Below are positions 11,941 through 23,931 of a stretch of DNA of 64,000 bases, piece by piece (within the stretch, counting starts at the first letter, position 1; each line of letters starts with the position of its first letter). The translations under genes were made by a program, and so were the position numbers. Source of the stretch: Octopus bimaculoides. Taxonomy: Eukaryota. The notes under the pieces are model-generated. The model saw only the letters and a list, made by a program, of their open reading frames with translations, had not been told where the DNA came from and searched no databases. The stretch lies in contig NC_068981.1 in assembly GCF_001194135.2 (NCBI RefSeq), forward strand, positions 33,356,375 through 33,420,374, read 5' to 3'.

Positions 11941-12633
11941 CAGCAGGAAAATATAAGCAGTAAAGAATCTCCAGAGGGTTGCAGTTCTAGGAGAAAATGA
12001 TTGAGCTTAGTGTGTTGAGTGGATCTTGTTGGGTGAGATACAAAAATGAAGGTTTAAACTGTGATGAGTGTCAAGTAGAATTCTACACTGGTAGAAGAGT
12101 GTTAGTAGAGACTCACAGAGGGCCTGGTTGGAATCTTGGAGACCTAGAAATTTTAGAGGTAGACTAGGCAATGCATAAAGGCATTCTTTGCTTTTCCTAT
12201 GGTTGTCTTACGGGGAATTGTAGATACTTGTACAACTACAGAGCAGCTACAAGTTGAATGTTTTGTTGTGAAGTTTGGTTATATGAGGATTGAGAGGAAG
12301 TGTAATTGGTGGGCCAGGGATGAAGCAGAATGATAGTCAGCAGTGAACTGGCAGGGCTGTGACCAGTTAGGTGCATTAAAGCACCAGAAAATTTAGAGAG
12401 ATCTACTACAGTAGGAAGGTATGAGATGTATTGCTTTGAAGAGGCAATGGACAGGCAAACCAATGAGAGAAAAGAGAAGGGTAGTAAATAATGATAGATA
12501 AATAATGGTAGACATTTCTGCTTATGTTTTACAAGTTTTGTTGGCTACATATAGGTTTTGGGGATGCTTTATTTTTTACAATGGGATCATGGCCCTATCA
12601 AGTCGTATGTTCTGCAATGTGACCAATTTTCAG

Positions 12634-12722
<89 letters not shown>
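12634..12722. repeat. (GT)n(GA)n microsatellite
   Basis: Seen directly in sequence. Confidence 0.98.
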
Positions 12723-12725
<3 letters not shown>

Positions 12726-13189
12726 GCATGCGCACACACAAACCAATCCTAATACATGGCAAGTACTTTATTTACCTCAAAAGTCGACTTCACATGATTT
12801 AAACTCATATAAAAATGAATAGGTGAAAATATTACTCGATGTAAGAAATTACAAGTGAGAATAGTGCAAGAGACAAGAGAAGGATGCTGACTTTAGAGAA
12901 AGTGATTTGAAGATCTTAATCAGGGAAAACTGCTGTTAGTTGGAGGAGTTCAAAGAATAATAGACACAACAGTTAAATTTTAAGTGAGTGGTAGATTAAG
13001 TGAATTCTACATAAGTGCAGACACTGACTTTTAGTAAAAATAGAACATTGAGTTTAGTCTGGACAGCAGATGTGGATTAGAGATTGAGGAAAAGAAATCT
13101 GTATTTCAGAGAGGAATAAGATGTAAGGTTCATACACCAAGAGAAGATGGTAATTAAAATCAAGGTTGAACTAAACTCCACAGGTGGCA

Positions 13190-13420
13190 ATTGTTGTTTG
13201 TCGTTTAGCCAAGTCAACTCTGATTGAGCAGACCTATAAATAAAGGCAATCCAATCATACCTATCCTTCCTTTTTTTTTCCTTTCCTGTGAGCAGGAAAC
13301 TCAGGGCCACACATCATCCAATATATTCTTTTCTATTACGCTCAGGTAAGATTTGAAAGAATATAACTGCTGTTTCTAGCAGATCAGGCAACTACATAGA
13401 AGTTCTCTTATTGGTTTATC
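13190..13420. repeat. Interspersed repeat family D (GTTTAG..AGGTCAAC..TGATTGAGCAGACC / CTAGAAATAACAGCCAAATCTCCCTCAAATCACACC)
   Basis: Related decayed copies near 14330-14500, 20330-20400, 20980-21160, 39330-39530, 42980-43140, 47270-47345, 47800-47880, 49520-49700, 52550-52830 and 57960-58200. Confidence 0.6.
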
Positions 13421-15754
13421 CACAGATGTTTGTTATAGATAGAGGGTAGCTTGCCTAGTCAATTGTTTCTTGGTCTTCTTTTGAGACAATGATTACTCTG
13501 AGTGCCAATTGCTATTTGTTCATTATTACTTATTGTTATTAAGCTGCTGATTTTTGGCATGGAAATATCAGAAATTACATCATATTCACAAGGGTAATTA
13601 AAATTACTTTACATTTCTACTACATCATGCTATAAGGTCATTAACAGGCAAAAATAAAATAGAATAATTGGTGATTGAATTAGTGATAATAATAATTAAC
13701 TTAATTTACATAATTTAATAAGAATATATGAAAATAAAGTACAGGAAGCTGATGTATGGCAACCAGTGTTTTAGTAAAAGTAGAAAGTCAAGGGAATTTT
13801 TGGACTGAACTACAAACATTCCAGGCCATATCTAGAAAACCATTCAATGAATTCATGAACAAGCTCAATCAAGTTCACTTGGGGTTAAACAACAAATGCC
13901 GATTCACAGACATGCTGTGTCTAAAAATAATTTATGGTGGATTTATTAACTGAATAGACAGAGTATTGAACCAAATGCCATGCAGTATTTAGTTGTGTCT
14001 CTTTACATTTTGAGTTCAAATACCACTTTGAAAAACTTTATTCTTTCAAGATAAATGAAATAATAGCAACAAAAGGACTCTGACAGAGAAAACTAACAAC
14101 CAATTGTTCAGTCAACTCATTAAACAAACCACTGGCTAGTTAGTTGGTAAAATAAAGAAGTGGTATTGAACCAGTGCATATGTTTATTAAAATTTTTATT
14201 GGCATAATGACCCTCCCAACAAGATTTGTTTCAACACATGAATTCACATCAAGAATCTTGCAAACCAAATACAGAAACAAACTAAAATAATTACCATTTG
14301 TCGTTACTAGTCAGTACTAAACTAGTCCTAATCAAAGGCATTTCAGCATGGCCAAAATAATTTTTTTGTATGTTCAGAACTACATTATAAATGTGCTTAA
14401 GATACTAGGATATGTTTTGAGGGAGATTTGGGTGTGATTTCACCAGGCTGAGCAACAGCATAGAGATCACCTTGGATTAAACAAGTATCAGCTATATATA
14501 TTGCTCACAATTAAAGGTGTGTGATGCAATATTTTATCAACATTTTTGTGACAGCAACAGTTTGAACATTTTACACTATTTTTTTTTACTTTTTAATCAA
14601 GAGGTAAAGCAGTGCCCAAGACCCATTACAAGACCTCCAAGACTAGTGGGAAGGAGGGAGGATGGCACCCTCAAACTGGAAACCTGGCCCAAATGCTTGC
14701 AACAGAGTGAACTCTGAAGCACCCAAGGTGCCAAAAAGTAGTGTTAAATTGGACAATTGGTTAAATCTAGAACACAAAGAGCTGAGACAAATACTATAAG
14801 GCACCTAGTCTCATATCCTTACAATTCTGCCAGTCCACCACCTTGGATTGGTACTTTTTTTATCAATCCTAAAAGGATAAAAGGTAAAGTCGACCTGTGT
14901 GGGTTTTGAACTCAGAGTATGGCAAGCTGGAATATATACTATGACATATTCACTTCTGGGGCTCTAATAACCTTACCAATTCACCACCCTGTGTACAAGA
15001 AGATTCCCACAAATTATGTTCATTTAGGTTTTAAACATAGGTACAAGGTCATAAATGTGGGAAGAAAGACCACCAATCTATGAACCAGTGCTTGGTGAGT
15101 GGGCTGGATAATCTTTTGTATACAGTTTAGGATATTTATAATCATTTAGTTGGTTTGCATTTTTTTCCACTAAATCAGTTTTACATACATCATTTTTCTT
15201 TGTTTATTATGACTATTACTCTCAAGCACCACTATAATAAAGATGGAAAGAGTCCTGATGATTTATAACATGATGCTTCATTCTCCATCTGATTACAAAT
15301 TCTCAAGAAATACTAGATGTTTTTATTACTGTTGCTATTTTCTCAGCAATTGTCTGTATGTATCATCTTCAGAGCCTACTTGTAAATCTTTTTAAGTGCT
15401 ATCTCAATCTTTCTGATAACAGATTGAGTAATTTTCAAATAAAAAGTCACACTAGCATGATATTTACTGTTATTTATAAAGGGTATAGTATTAATAATAA
15501 TGATAGTTCATGTTTGATGATGATGGCGATGATTTCAAACTTAAGTAGAAAGACCATAAGTTTGTCAAGTGTAGTGTAGGCAATTGAATCTATCAGTGTA
15601 TTTGGTTGGTATTTATTCAAGTGAGTCCAAAAGAAGGGACGATAAAATCAATCTAGGCAGGATCTGAGCTCAGAATGTATAGCAACATAATTAAATGCCC
15701 CAAGGCATTTTGTTTCAAATGAAATTAAAAACCACAAACAGTGTACTTAGAAAT

Positions 15755-15878
15755 TATAGATGTTTTCAATCTAGTTTGGATTCTTTGCCATCAAATTTGA
15801 ATTCTTTGCAATCAAATTTGATTGCAAAGAATTCAAATTTGATGGCAAAGAATCCAAACTGGATCGAAAACATCTATA
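15755..15878. repeat. Spacerless 124-bp near-perfect palindrome with internal 21-bp periodicity
   Basis: TATAGATGTTTTCAATCTAGTTTGGATTCTTTGCCATCAAATTTGAATTCTTTGCAATCAAA|TTTGATTGCAAAGAATTCAAATTTGATGGCAAAGAATCCAAACTGGATCGAAAACATCTATA; 60 of 62 pairs Watson-Crick, plus one G.T and one A.C. Confidence 0.97.
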
Positions 15879-15993
15879 TAAAGTTCCAATCTTCTTACTA
15901 AGCTAGCTAATGCATATATCAAGTCATCCCATAAGTTCTGCCTGAATTTTGAATAAAGAAAACAAATGATCAAATGTTATATTTAATTGAAAT

Positions 15994-17009
15994 TTAATCA
16001 TCAATGTACTTTCCCTGATTATCTATGACTTCTTTCCATCTATTTACAAGCTTTTTAATCCCATCAATGTAAAACTCTTTTGGTTTCAAAGTGAAAAACT
16101 CTGAAATGTCATTTTCAACCTCCTCCTGGCTTGTAAAAGTTATGTCCCCCAAATGATTCTGTAAACTACGAAACAAATGGTAGTCTGAAGGAGCAAGGTC
16201 GGGAGAATAAGGTAGATGAGGAATTTTTTCCCAACCAAGCTCTTCGATCTTCTGTAATGCGATCTTTGCAGTGTGGAGTCACGCATTGTCCTGATGAAAC
16301 ATCACTCCTTTTTGATGCACTAAAGTGGGCCTTTCTTTCTTCAAAGCTTGGTTCAAACGCTCTAATTGCTGGCAGTAGACTTGAGCATTGATTGTTGCAT
16401 TAGGTGATAACAATTCAAAGTGAATTACTCCTTTGCAATCCAACCAGATAGAGAGAAGAACCTTTTTCCCATGAAGTTCCCTTCTCGGTTGAGATTGAGT
16501 TTTTTTTTCCTTTTACCAAGCCACTGTTTACGACATTTAACATTTTAATAGAAGATCCATTTTACGTCACCAGTCACAAGTCTATCCAAAAAGGATGAAA
16601 TGAGTTCGCGAGAGATGTCAACTTGGGATTTGCGGTTGTTTTAAGACAATTCATGAGGCACACATTTCCCAAGTTTAGGAACCTTTCCAAGTTGTTGAAG
16701 ATGATGATGAACAGTTGTATGGTTTGAACTAAGCTCTATTGTCAATTCTTCAACTGATAATGCAGGATTTTCTTCAAGTAATGCCTCAAGGAGCTTATCA
16801 TCAAACTCAACTGGATGTCCTGTTCGATCTTCATCTTCAAGGCTGAAATTTCCACTTCTGAATTTTGAAAACCATCTTCTGCAAGTTCTTTCATTCAAGC
16901 ATTCATTCCCATAAACGGAGTGTATGTTTCAAGTCGCTTCGGCTGCAGAGTTTCCTTTTTTGTACTCATAAAGCATTATGTGCCTTAAATGCTCTTTGGA
17001 TACTTCCAT
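15994..17009 (-). pseudogene. Mariner transposase pseudogene
   Basis: MEVSKEHLRHIMLYEYKKGNSAAEAT*..ERTCRRWFSKFRSGNFSLED..GKCVPHELS*..VTGDVKWIFY*..FHQDNA*LHTA..PYSPDLAPSDYHLFRSLQ..GIKKLVNRWKEVIDNQGKYIDD*. Exactly 34 residues between the 2nd and 3rd Asp. At least 4 in-frame stops and a frameshift in the A-run near 16500. Confidence 0.95.
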
Positions 17010-17063
17010 GTTAGAAAGAATTTTAATCAAAGAAATTTTAATTCTATTATTCTGTAAAATAAT

Positions 17064-17110
17064 NNNNNNNNNNNNNNNNNNNNNNNNNNNNNNNNNNNNN
17101 NNNNNNNNNN
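17064..17110. other. Assembly gap (N-run); others at 23414-23423, 24040-24379, 30963-30997 and 51386-51673
   Basis: Runs of n in the sequence. Confidence 1.
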
Positions 17111-17169
17111 NAAAATAATATCTAATTAGTTTAAATGTACACAAATGCATAAAAATAATTTTTAATTCC

Positions 17170-17429
17170 GCGGGTGGCACATAAAATACACCATTTTGAG
17201 CGTGGCCGTTGCCAGTACCGCCTGACTGGCCTTCGTGCGGGTGACACGTAAAAGCACCCACTACACACTCTGAGTGGTTGGCGTTAGGAAGGGCATCCAG
17301 CTGTAGAAACTCTGCCAAATCAGATTGGAGCCTGGTGTAGCCATCCGGTTTCACCAGTCCTCAGTCAAATCGCCCAACTCATGCTAGCATGGAAAGCGGA
17401 TGTTAAACGATGATGATGATGATGATGAT
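17170..17429 (+). mobile_element. Young RTE-3'UTR-type retroposon nested in the mariner 5' leader
   Basis: GGTGGCACATAAAATACACC...AGGAAGGGCATCCAGCTGTAGAAACTCTGCCAAATCAG...CATGCTAGCATGGAAAGCGGATGTTAAACGATGATGATG; many CpGs retained; lies between the right TIR and the ATG. Confidence 0.9.
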
Positions 17430-17714
17430 TAGACATTCTAAAATACTACTAAATTTCATTCAATTTTAAAAAAGGTAAAATCGGACAGAACTTATGGGAT
17501 GACCTGATACACAAAATATTTAAGGACTTATGAAAAAGCAAGAAACCACATTTAAATGACTTAGTGAAAAGCAAACAAAAGAATTAATTTCCAAGACTAA
17601 CAAAACAATAAACCTTTTCCTCCCAACAAAAAACTGCAAACCTTCATATCACCGGTATGGGAAATCTAAACAGTAGTACTTATGCAAAAACTAAATGCAC
17701 ACCTGTAAAAGAAA

Positions 17715-17900
17715 ACAATGTCCATGTTCCATGCTGGCATGGACTGGACAGTTTGACAGAATCCAATTGTCCTAAGAACTGCATCATGCTCCACAGAATG
17801 TTTGACATGGTTTCTATGGCTGGAGGCCTTTTCCTAACACCAATTACTTTGCAGTGTATACAAGGAGCTTTTTTGTGCCACCAGCACTAGTGAGATTACA
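17715..17900 (-). mobile_element. RTE-type 3' tail fragment
   Basis: TTCCATGCTGGCATGGACTGGACAGTTTGAC...CCTTTTCCTAACACCAA..TTTTGTGCCACCAGCAC. Confidence 0.7.
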
Positions 17901-18789
17901 TGACTATGAACCCAAAGAGGCAAGCATTATGCTAAGAGATGATGGGGAAACACATGAGAGAAGGGACCAGAGTAGAAAAGATTTTTGCTGTAGAGGAGCT
18001 ACATGACTATTCACATTATAGAAGAGAGAGTGAGAGTGATTGGGTAGAGCTGGAAAGCAATAAAAATAGTTGGGATAGGTGTCAGGTTGAACTTTCAAGG
18101 TATGAGGTGGGTAGGAATGAGTGGGGCTGAGAGACAAGGAGTGTGGATAAGAAAAGAAACTTCTCCATATATCATCATCATCATCATCATCGTTTAACAT
18201 CCACTTTCCATGGTAAAAATAAAGTACACTGAGTCAAAATGATTCAGATAAAAAACTAAATAACAGAAAGACTGACTCTAGATTAGACTCTAAAATAGAA
18301 TATATACATATGTCTATATGTTAGAAAGAATTTCTCAACTTGAAAACTATCTATATCTTAATTTGTAACAAATTTGTTACATAAATAATAAATACATGGC
18401 TTATATCTCACCCAGGTGGTTCTGTTATTTTTTTTTGCTATGGTATCATCCCGGCATAGCTATAGTGCACTAGCTGAAGCCATTAAGAGAATGCATATCC
18501 ATACACATGATATAAGCATATGTTAAAACAATGAAATATTTATTAGCATTTATAACCAATGACACTTTTCTTCACAAGTACATGACATAAATAAAATTTT
18601 GAAAATACAGATAGGCTACTGAGATGCTTATCAGCTCATATTTCATATTTTCCATGCAATTTTAAACATAGAACACTTTCACTTAAGCATGTACGATTTA
18701 TTTTGCAAGGTAACATTCAAGTTTACATGCCTGGTTATTCACAATGCCTTATAATTATCAGAGTCACTTATGCAAACTGGAGAAAGGAG

Positions 18790-19995
18790 TAGCCCAAAGA
18801 AATATACCAGGAAGCTAAAATAACAGTAGCTATCTGGCATACTTAATAAAAAGAGAAGTGGAATGGAAGAGGTTTGCTAATACTTTCACAGTCAATAACA
18901 GAGGTGTGAAGTGTTCTGCATTGCTTAAGAGTATGTTAGTATAAATCAGGACATCAGTAATGAAAAGTTGGTTCATCATGATAGAAGTACACTAACCTCA
19001 TTGACACAAAGAGGAAGGAAGTATGAAAATGTTACTGTAAGAAGTTGTTAAATGAAAAGAACGCGTATGAGAGAGTATTCCAAAGAGACCAACAAAAGGG
19101 ACTGCCTATTGAAATTCACAGCTATACAGTAAAAAATGACCGTTAAAAAAATGAAGGCACGGAAAGAAACTGGACCACCATCTGAAAAGCATCCAACCAA
19201 ACAGAACATGTGGTAGTCATTCACAAAGTGAACCAGATACAGTATGACATATCTATGTACTATTGCTAGCATAGCTGTATTATCATCAACTGCTATAAAG
19301 GCAAAGGAAATGCTCTAGAAGGAAGTAACAACAGAGGCATCAAATTAATGGGCCAAGTTATGAAATAAAAAAAAGGATTAATTATAGCACAACAAATAAG
19401 GAAGAAAATTATCTTGTGAGATGCAAACCAGGTTTGTGTCAGGACAGAGTGCTACTAGTGCGCCCTGCAGAAGAAAGTCTCAACAAAAAGCAAGCCACTA
19501 TACCTTGTATTTGTTGATCTGGAGAAGGTCTTTGACAAGAGTGTTATACTCTGTAGTCTGGTGATTGTTAAGAAAACAAGGCATAGATGAATGATATATG
19601 AGAACCATGCAAGGAATCAAATGTGTGCAAGAGAGAAGACTGAGGTGTCAAAGACTCATAATGCATATGGAGGGTATCAGCTGAGTTGAGAAATGCCAAG
19701 TGATCCAGGTGGAAAGAACCTGCAGATGAGGCAGTGGCAGTGAAGACACAGGGAAAAGGTGATGAAAGTTGAGGTTCAGGAAGGAGATGACAATGGATTG
19801 CAGCAAGTTGTGAGACACTATGCTGAATAAGACCTGTCCAACCCATTCAAGCATAGAAAAATATATGTAAAATGATGACAATGATGATGATGGTTGCAGC
19901 GGTGGCAGCAGTAGTGGTAGCAACAGCAGAGGTGGTGATGACAATGTGATGATGATGATGATGATGATAATGATGATGATGATGATGATGATGAT
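18790..19995 (+). mobile_element. Decayed RTE-clade LINE (RT domain remnant plus tail)
   Basis: IINCYKGKGNALEGSNNRGIKLMGQVMK (19282-19365) and KPLYLVFVDLEKVFDK (19492-19539) match the non-LTR RT motifs xYKGKGD..NYRGIxL and FVDLEKAFD; ends in an ACCCATTCAAGCATAGAAAA tail and (GAT)n. Confidence 0.85.
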
Positions 19996-20430
19996 AAGCA
20001 CAGCTTGTTTCAACACCCACATTATGGTATATTATTTTTTATTATTAAATTATATAAAGATATTAGTGTTTGTAAATATCACTTTATAGAAAACAATACT
20101 GGTTGCTAAAAATATCCAACAATATATCTAATTATTTTGGAAATGAATGTGGTATAACTTAGTTTTCATCTCTGGAGGAGCAATTAGATAAATATCGAAA
20201 TGAGTAAATGACCAAAGTGATTAAGGCAATATGGGTATGAAGTTGATTAGTTGATAGACATAGTGGATTGATGTGGGCAAGTTTCAGGCTTAAATTCCAT
20301 CTAAAGACTAGACTTTGAAGGGGCAACCTCTATGTGGTTGCTTGATCAGCTAGAAATAACAGCAAAATCTGTCATGTCACAAAAAAAAAAGAATATTAAG
20401 TATGTTATAACAACAAAGGAGTCTCTAGGC

Positions 20431-20639
20431 CAGTGCGCCGCAACCAGTATACAGTGGCACACTGGTGTGCCACAAGATGATGATAATTTTTTTCCCCTAT
20501 ACTTGTAGGCGTAGGAGTGGCTGTGTGGTAAGTAGCTTGCTTAAGAACTGCATGGTTCCGGGGTTCAGTCCCACTGCGTGGCACCTCCAAAGCCTTGTGA
20601 GTGGATTTGGTAGACGGAAACTGAAAGAAGCCCGTCGTA

Positions 20640-20678
<39 letters not shown>

Positions 20679-20970
20679 TTGTGTGTCTGTGTTTGTCCCC
20701 CAACATCGCTTGACAACCGATGCTGGTGTGTTTATGTCCCCGTAACTTAGCAGTTCGGCAAAAGCGATCAACAGAATAAGTACTAGGCTTACAAAGAATA
20801 AGTCCTGGGGTTGATCTGCTCGACTAAAGGCGGTGCTCCAGCATGGCCACAGTCAAACGACTGAAACAAGTAAAAGAGAGAGTAGTTATATTTTTAGTTC
20901 AGGAGTACCACCGAATTTTGAAAAGAATATACATGTACTACAAGTGAAAAAAAGGTTGCAGACCCCACTA
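20431..20970. mobile_element. hAT (Charlie-like) MITE interrupted by a SINE
   Basis: Left end CAGTGCGCCGCAACC, right end GGTTGCAGACCCCACTA; 8-bp flanks CTCTAGGC (20423-30) and CTCTAAGC (20971-78). Confidence 0.7.
20508..20882 (+). mobile_element. Young SINE family A with alternative tail b
   Basis: GGCGTAGGAGTGGCTGTGTGGTAAG head, GGTTCAGTCCC B-box-like, (TA)n hinge, tail ...GGCGGTGCTCCAGCATGGCCACAGTCAAACGACTGAAACAAGTAAAAGAG; internal deletion after GGCACCT. Confidence 0.9.
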
Positions 20971-21513
20971 CTCTAAGCTGTCATTTGACTTGTGAAAAAT
21001 AGCAGCCAAATCTTCCATTAGAAAAAAATAGGAAGACAGTATTAATTAATACAATCTTAGATACAATGTCTGGAAATAAAAGATATGATGGTCAGTCACT
21101 GCTACAATGATTTTATTGTAAGTCTCCAATATCAGGGTGAGCAGGTGCTAAATAACAACAAGCTCTGTACTAAGTGAATTTAGGTAGTATTTTAATAGCA
21201 AAATCACAGTACATAACTGTGAACCGTAGAATATGTAGTTCAGTCCACATTTCCAACACCATACTAACTACTAAAATACAAGATAGATAATTAGATATTA
21301 CCATTTCAATACTGGCAAGATTTATTTATACTGCTAGATATTGCCCTTTAGCAAAATATCTATTATAACATTGTCAGGAGACAATGTTTACAGGACCAAG
21401 AACATCTACCAAATCCACTCACAAGGCTTTGGTCATCCTGAGGCTATAGTAGAAGACATTTGCCGAAGGTGCCATGCAGTAGGACTGAACCCGAAAAAAT
21501 ATATATTCACATA

Positions 21514-21520
21514 AGTAGTA

Positions 21521-21602
<82 letters not shown>
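21514..21602. repeat. (AGT)n microsatellite
   Basis: Seen directly in sequence. Confidence 0.98.
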
Positions 21603-22327
21603 GGTGGGGGTGCTAAACAGTGATGAGAAATAAATTTGGTTTAGTTCTGACATATTTTAACTTCTAAAGGCAATTTCACAGCAGTTTACCATCGAGAAAG
21701 AATATCTGCTTATGGTAAAAGATGTAAAACCACATTATCTGCTCAGTGTTGCCTTGTATCAGATGCCTAGATGCATTTCTGGTTCCTTAGCCTTCCTCAA
21801 AGGGAGATACCAAAGAGAGACAACCCTGAGCAGGTTAGGAAGTCGTAGCTTTATAATAGAACAGTCAATATTAGAGACTAACTTACACTCAAAGACTGCC
21901 CAGTCAGAGCAAATAAAGTAGTAGCAGCAGTAAGCAGTGATGAGAAATACAGAAACTGTAGGTTACACACACACACACACATATACATAAGCACACAAAT
22001 ACAGATACACAAGCAAATATGTGCCCAAGCAAATACATTACATTCTACAAAGGGCGTCATGGTCATAGAAAATATTCAATTCAAATGTAGCTTATATTTA
22101 TTAATATATATTATCGTTAAACTCTATAACAAAGTTTCAAGTTAGCAAAGACATTCATTCAGATGGATAATGACTAAAGAATTTCGTTTAAATAATGAAA
22201 TGAAAGTTATTAAATGGTGTTCATTATCAATGGTGACATGTTGTAAATAAATATCCAGTTAGACTGAAACAGCAAAATTTTCAAAAGGATCTTGACAGAA
22301 AAATCTTATTTCTGTATATCCCGCGCG

Positions 22328-22329
<2 letters not shown>

Positions 22330-22407
<78 letters not shown>
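22330..22407. repeat. (GT)n microsatellite
   Basis: Seen directly in sequence. Confidence 0.98.
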
Positions 22408-22411
<4 letters not shown>

Positions 22412-22567
22412 CATACATACAGACACACACAGACGCATATCTGGTTTCAAAGCAATAAATGTACTTGAGGTTAGAAAGAAAAGTTAATATCATCATATGA
22501 GACAGAAATGAAAGACTATAAACAACCAAGAAAATTTTGTAATAATATCAATCTTTACTCAGGTACA

Positions 22568-22569
<2 letters not shown>

Positions 22570-22605
<36 letters not shown>

Positions 22606-22632
22606 TGTGTGTGTGTGTGTGTGTGTGTGTGT
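22570..22632. repeat. Head-to-head (CA)n / (TG)n microsatellite hairpin
   Basis: (AC)~16, AAAT, (GT)~13. Confidence 0.95.
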
Positions 22633-23099
22633 TTACACTGAACTCTGCCATTGATCATAGAACAATCTGCCATCATTATCGTTGGCAGCAATAAAGTAGT
22701 AAGGAGAGCAAAGTGGAAGAGCAAATGTTTAGTTCAATGCCAGCTTTTCACATCATTCTGGTTATTTTCATCTCTCCTCAGGTTATAATTGATCAATGGA
22801 GGATCTTAATGAGCTTGCACAGATCAATAAACTTTTTTCTAGGACAAAAGCAAAATATTTAAACAAAAACAATTTATTTATTGATATAACACACACACAC
22901 ACAAATACACACACACAACTCATATACACACACGTTCACACTTAGAGATTCTCTCTTTCTTTATTTCTCTTTCACATTTCCTCTATTATTTTACATATGC
23001 ACATGGAAATACTCAAAGGTGTACTGTAGTTATCACAGCAAAACTTGCTTGAGGAATCTTTTTACATTTAATACTATTCTTAAAACCACAGACTAGATA

Positions 23100-23106
23100 G
23101 AGCAAG

Positions 23107-23190
<84 letters not shown>

Positions 23191-23200
23191 TTATACATAA

Positions 23201-23249
<49 letters not shown>

Positions 23250-23382
23250 TATATATACACACACGTGTGTGTGCACGTGTGTATGCATATATATATCACA
23301 ATCATCATCATTTAACATTTGTTGTCCATGCTGGCATGGGTTGGACGGTTTGAACAGGGCAGGCAAGCTAGAAGGCTGCACC

Positions 23383-23413
<31 letters not shown>

Positions 23414-23423
23414 NNNNNNNNNN

Positions 23424-23475
<52 letters not shown>

Positions 23476-23899
23476 TACATATAGACACACACATATATGT
23501 ATATATATATGTATGTATATATATATATATCATCATCATCATCATCGTTTAACGTCCGCTTTCCATGCTAGCATGGGTTGGACGACTTGACTGAGGACTG
23601 GTGAAACCGGATGGCAACACCAGGCTCCAATCCAAATTTGGCAGAGTTTCTACAGCTGGATGCCCTTCCTAACGCCAACCACATTATCATCATCATTGTT
23701 TAACATTCCATGCTGGATGATTTGACTGAGGACTGGCGAACTGGATGGCTGCACCAGGCTCCAACCTGATCTGGCAAAGTTTCTACAGCTGGATGTCCTT
23801 CCTAATGCCAAATACTCCGAGAGTGTAGTGGGTGCTTTTACGTGGCACCGGCATGAGGGCCAGTCAGGCAGTACTGGCAACAACCACGCTCAAATGGTG

Positions 23900-23931
<32 letters not shown>

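Larger units (their letters stand above)
15919..17507 (-). mobile_element. Mariner (Tc1/mariner, DD34D) DNA transposon, inactive
   Basis: About 30-bp TIRs: TCAAGTCATCCCATAAGTTCTGCCTGA (15919) versus reverse complement TCAGGTCATCCCATAAGTTCTGTCCGA (ending 17507). TA at 15917-18 and 17508-09. Transposase inside. Confidence 0.95.

Noticed and set aside
11960-12480. Possible LINE endonuclease remnant (GDFNA-like after inserting one base)
   Set aside because: Requires editing the sequence and there is no second motif; too weak to call
16929-17354. 141-aa minus-strand ORF
   Set aside because: Chimeric: it runs through a retroposon tail and an N-gap; only the last 26 codons belong to the transposase
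18364-18381. Perfect 18-bp palindrome TGTAACAAATTTGTTACA
   Set aside because: Short and AT-rich with no supporting context
20508-20580. tRNA genes suggested by A/B boxes (also 11870-11940, 24830, 38650)
   Set aside because: They continue into SINE bodies and do not form a complete cloverleaf with acceptor stem
21620-21650. C/D box snoRNA (GTGATGA...CTGA)
   Set aside because: Only about 30 nt between the boxes, no terminal stem and no recognisable guide
21887-21955. 69-nt frame-preserving minus-strand exon (FLYFSSLLTAATTLFALTGQSLS) with a GTAAGT donor
   Set aside because: The acceptor is preceded by (GT)n instead of a pyrimidine tract, the sequence is low complexity and no homology is recognised
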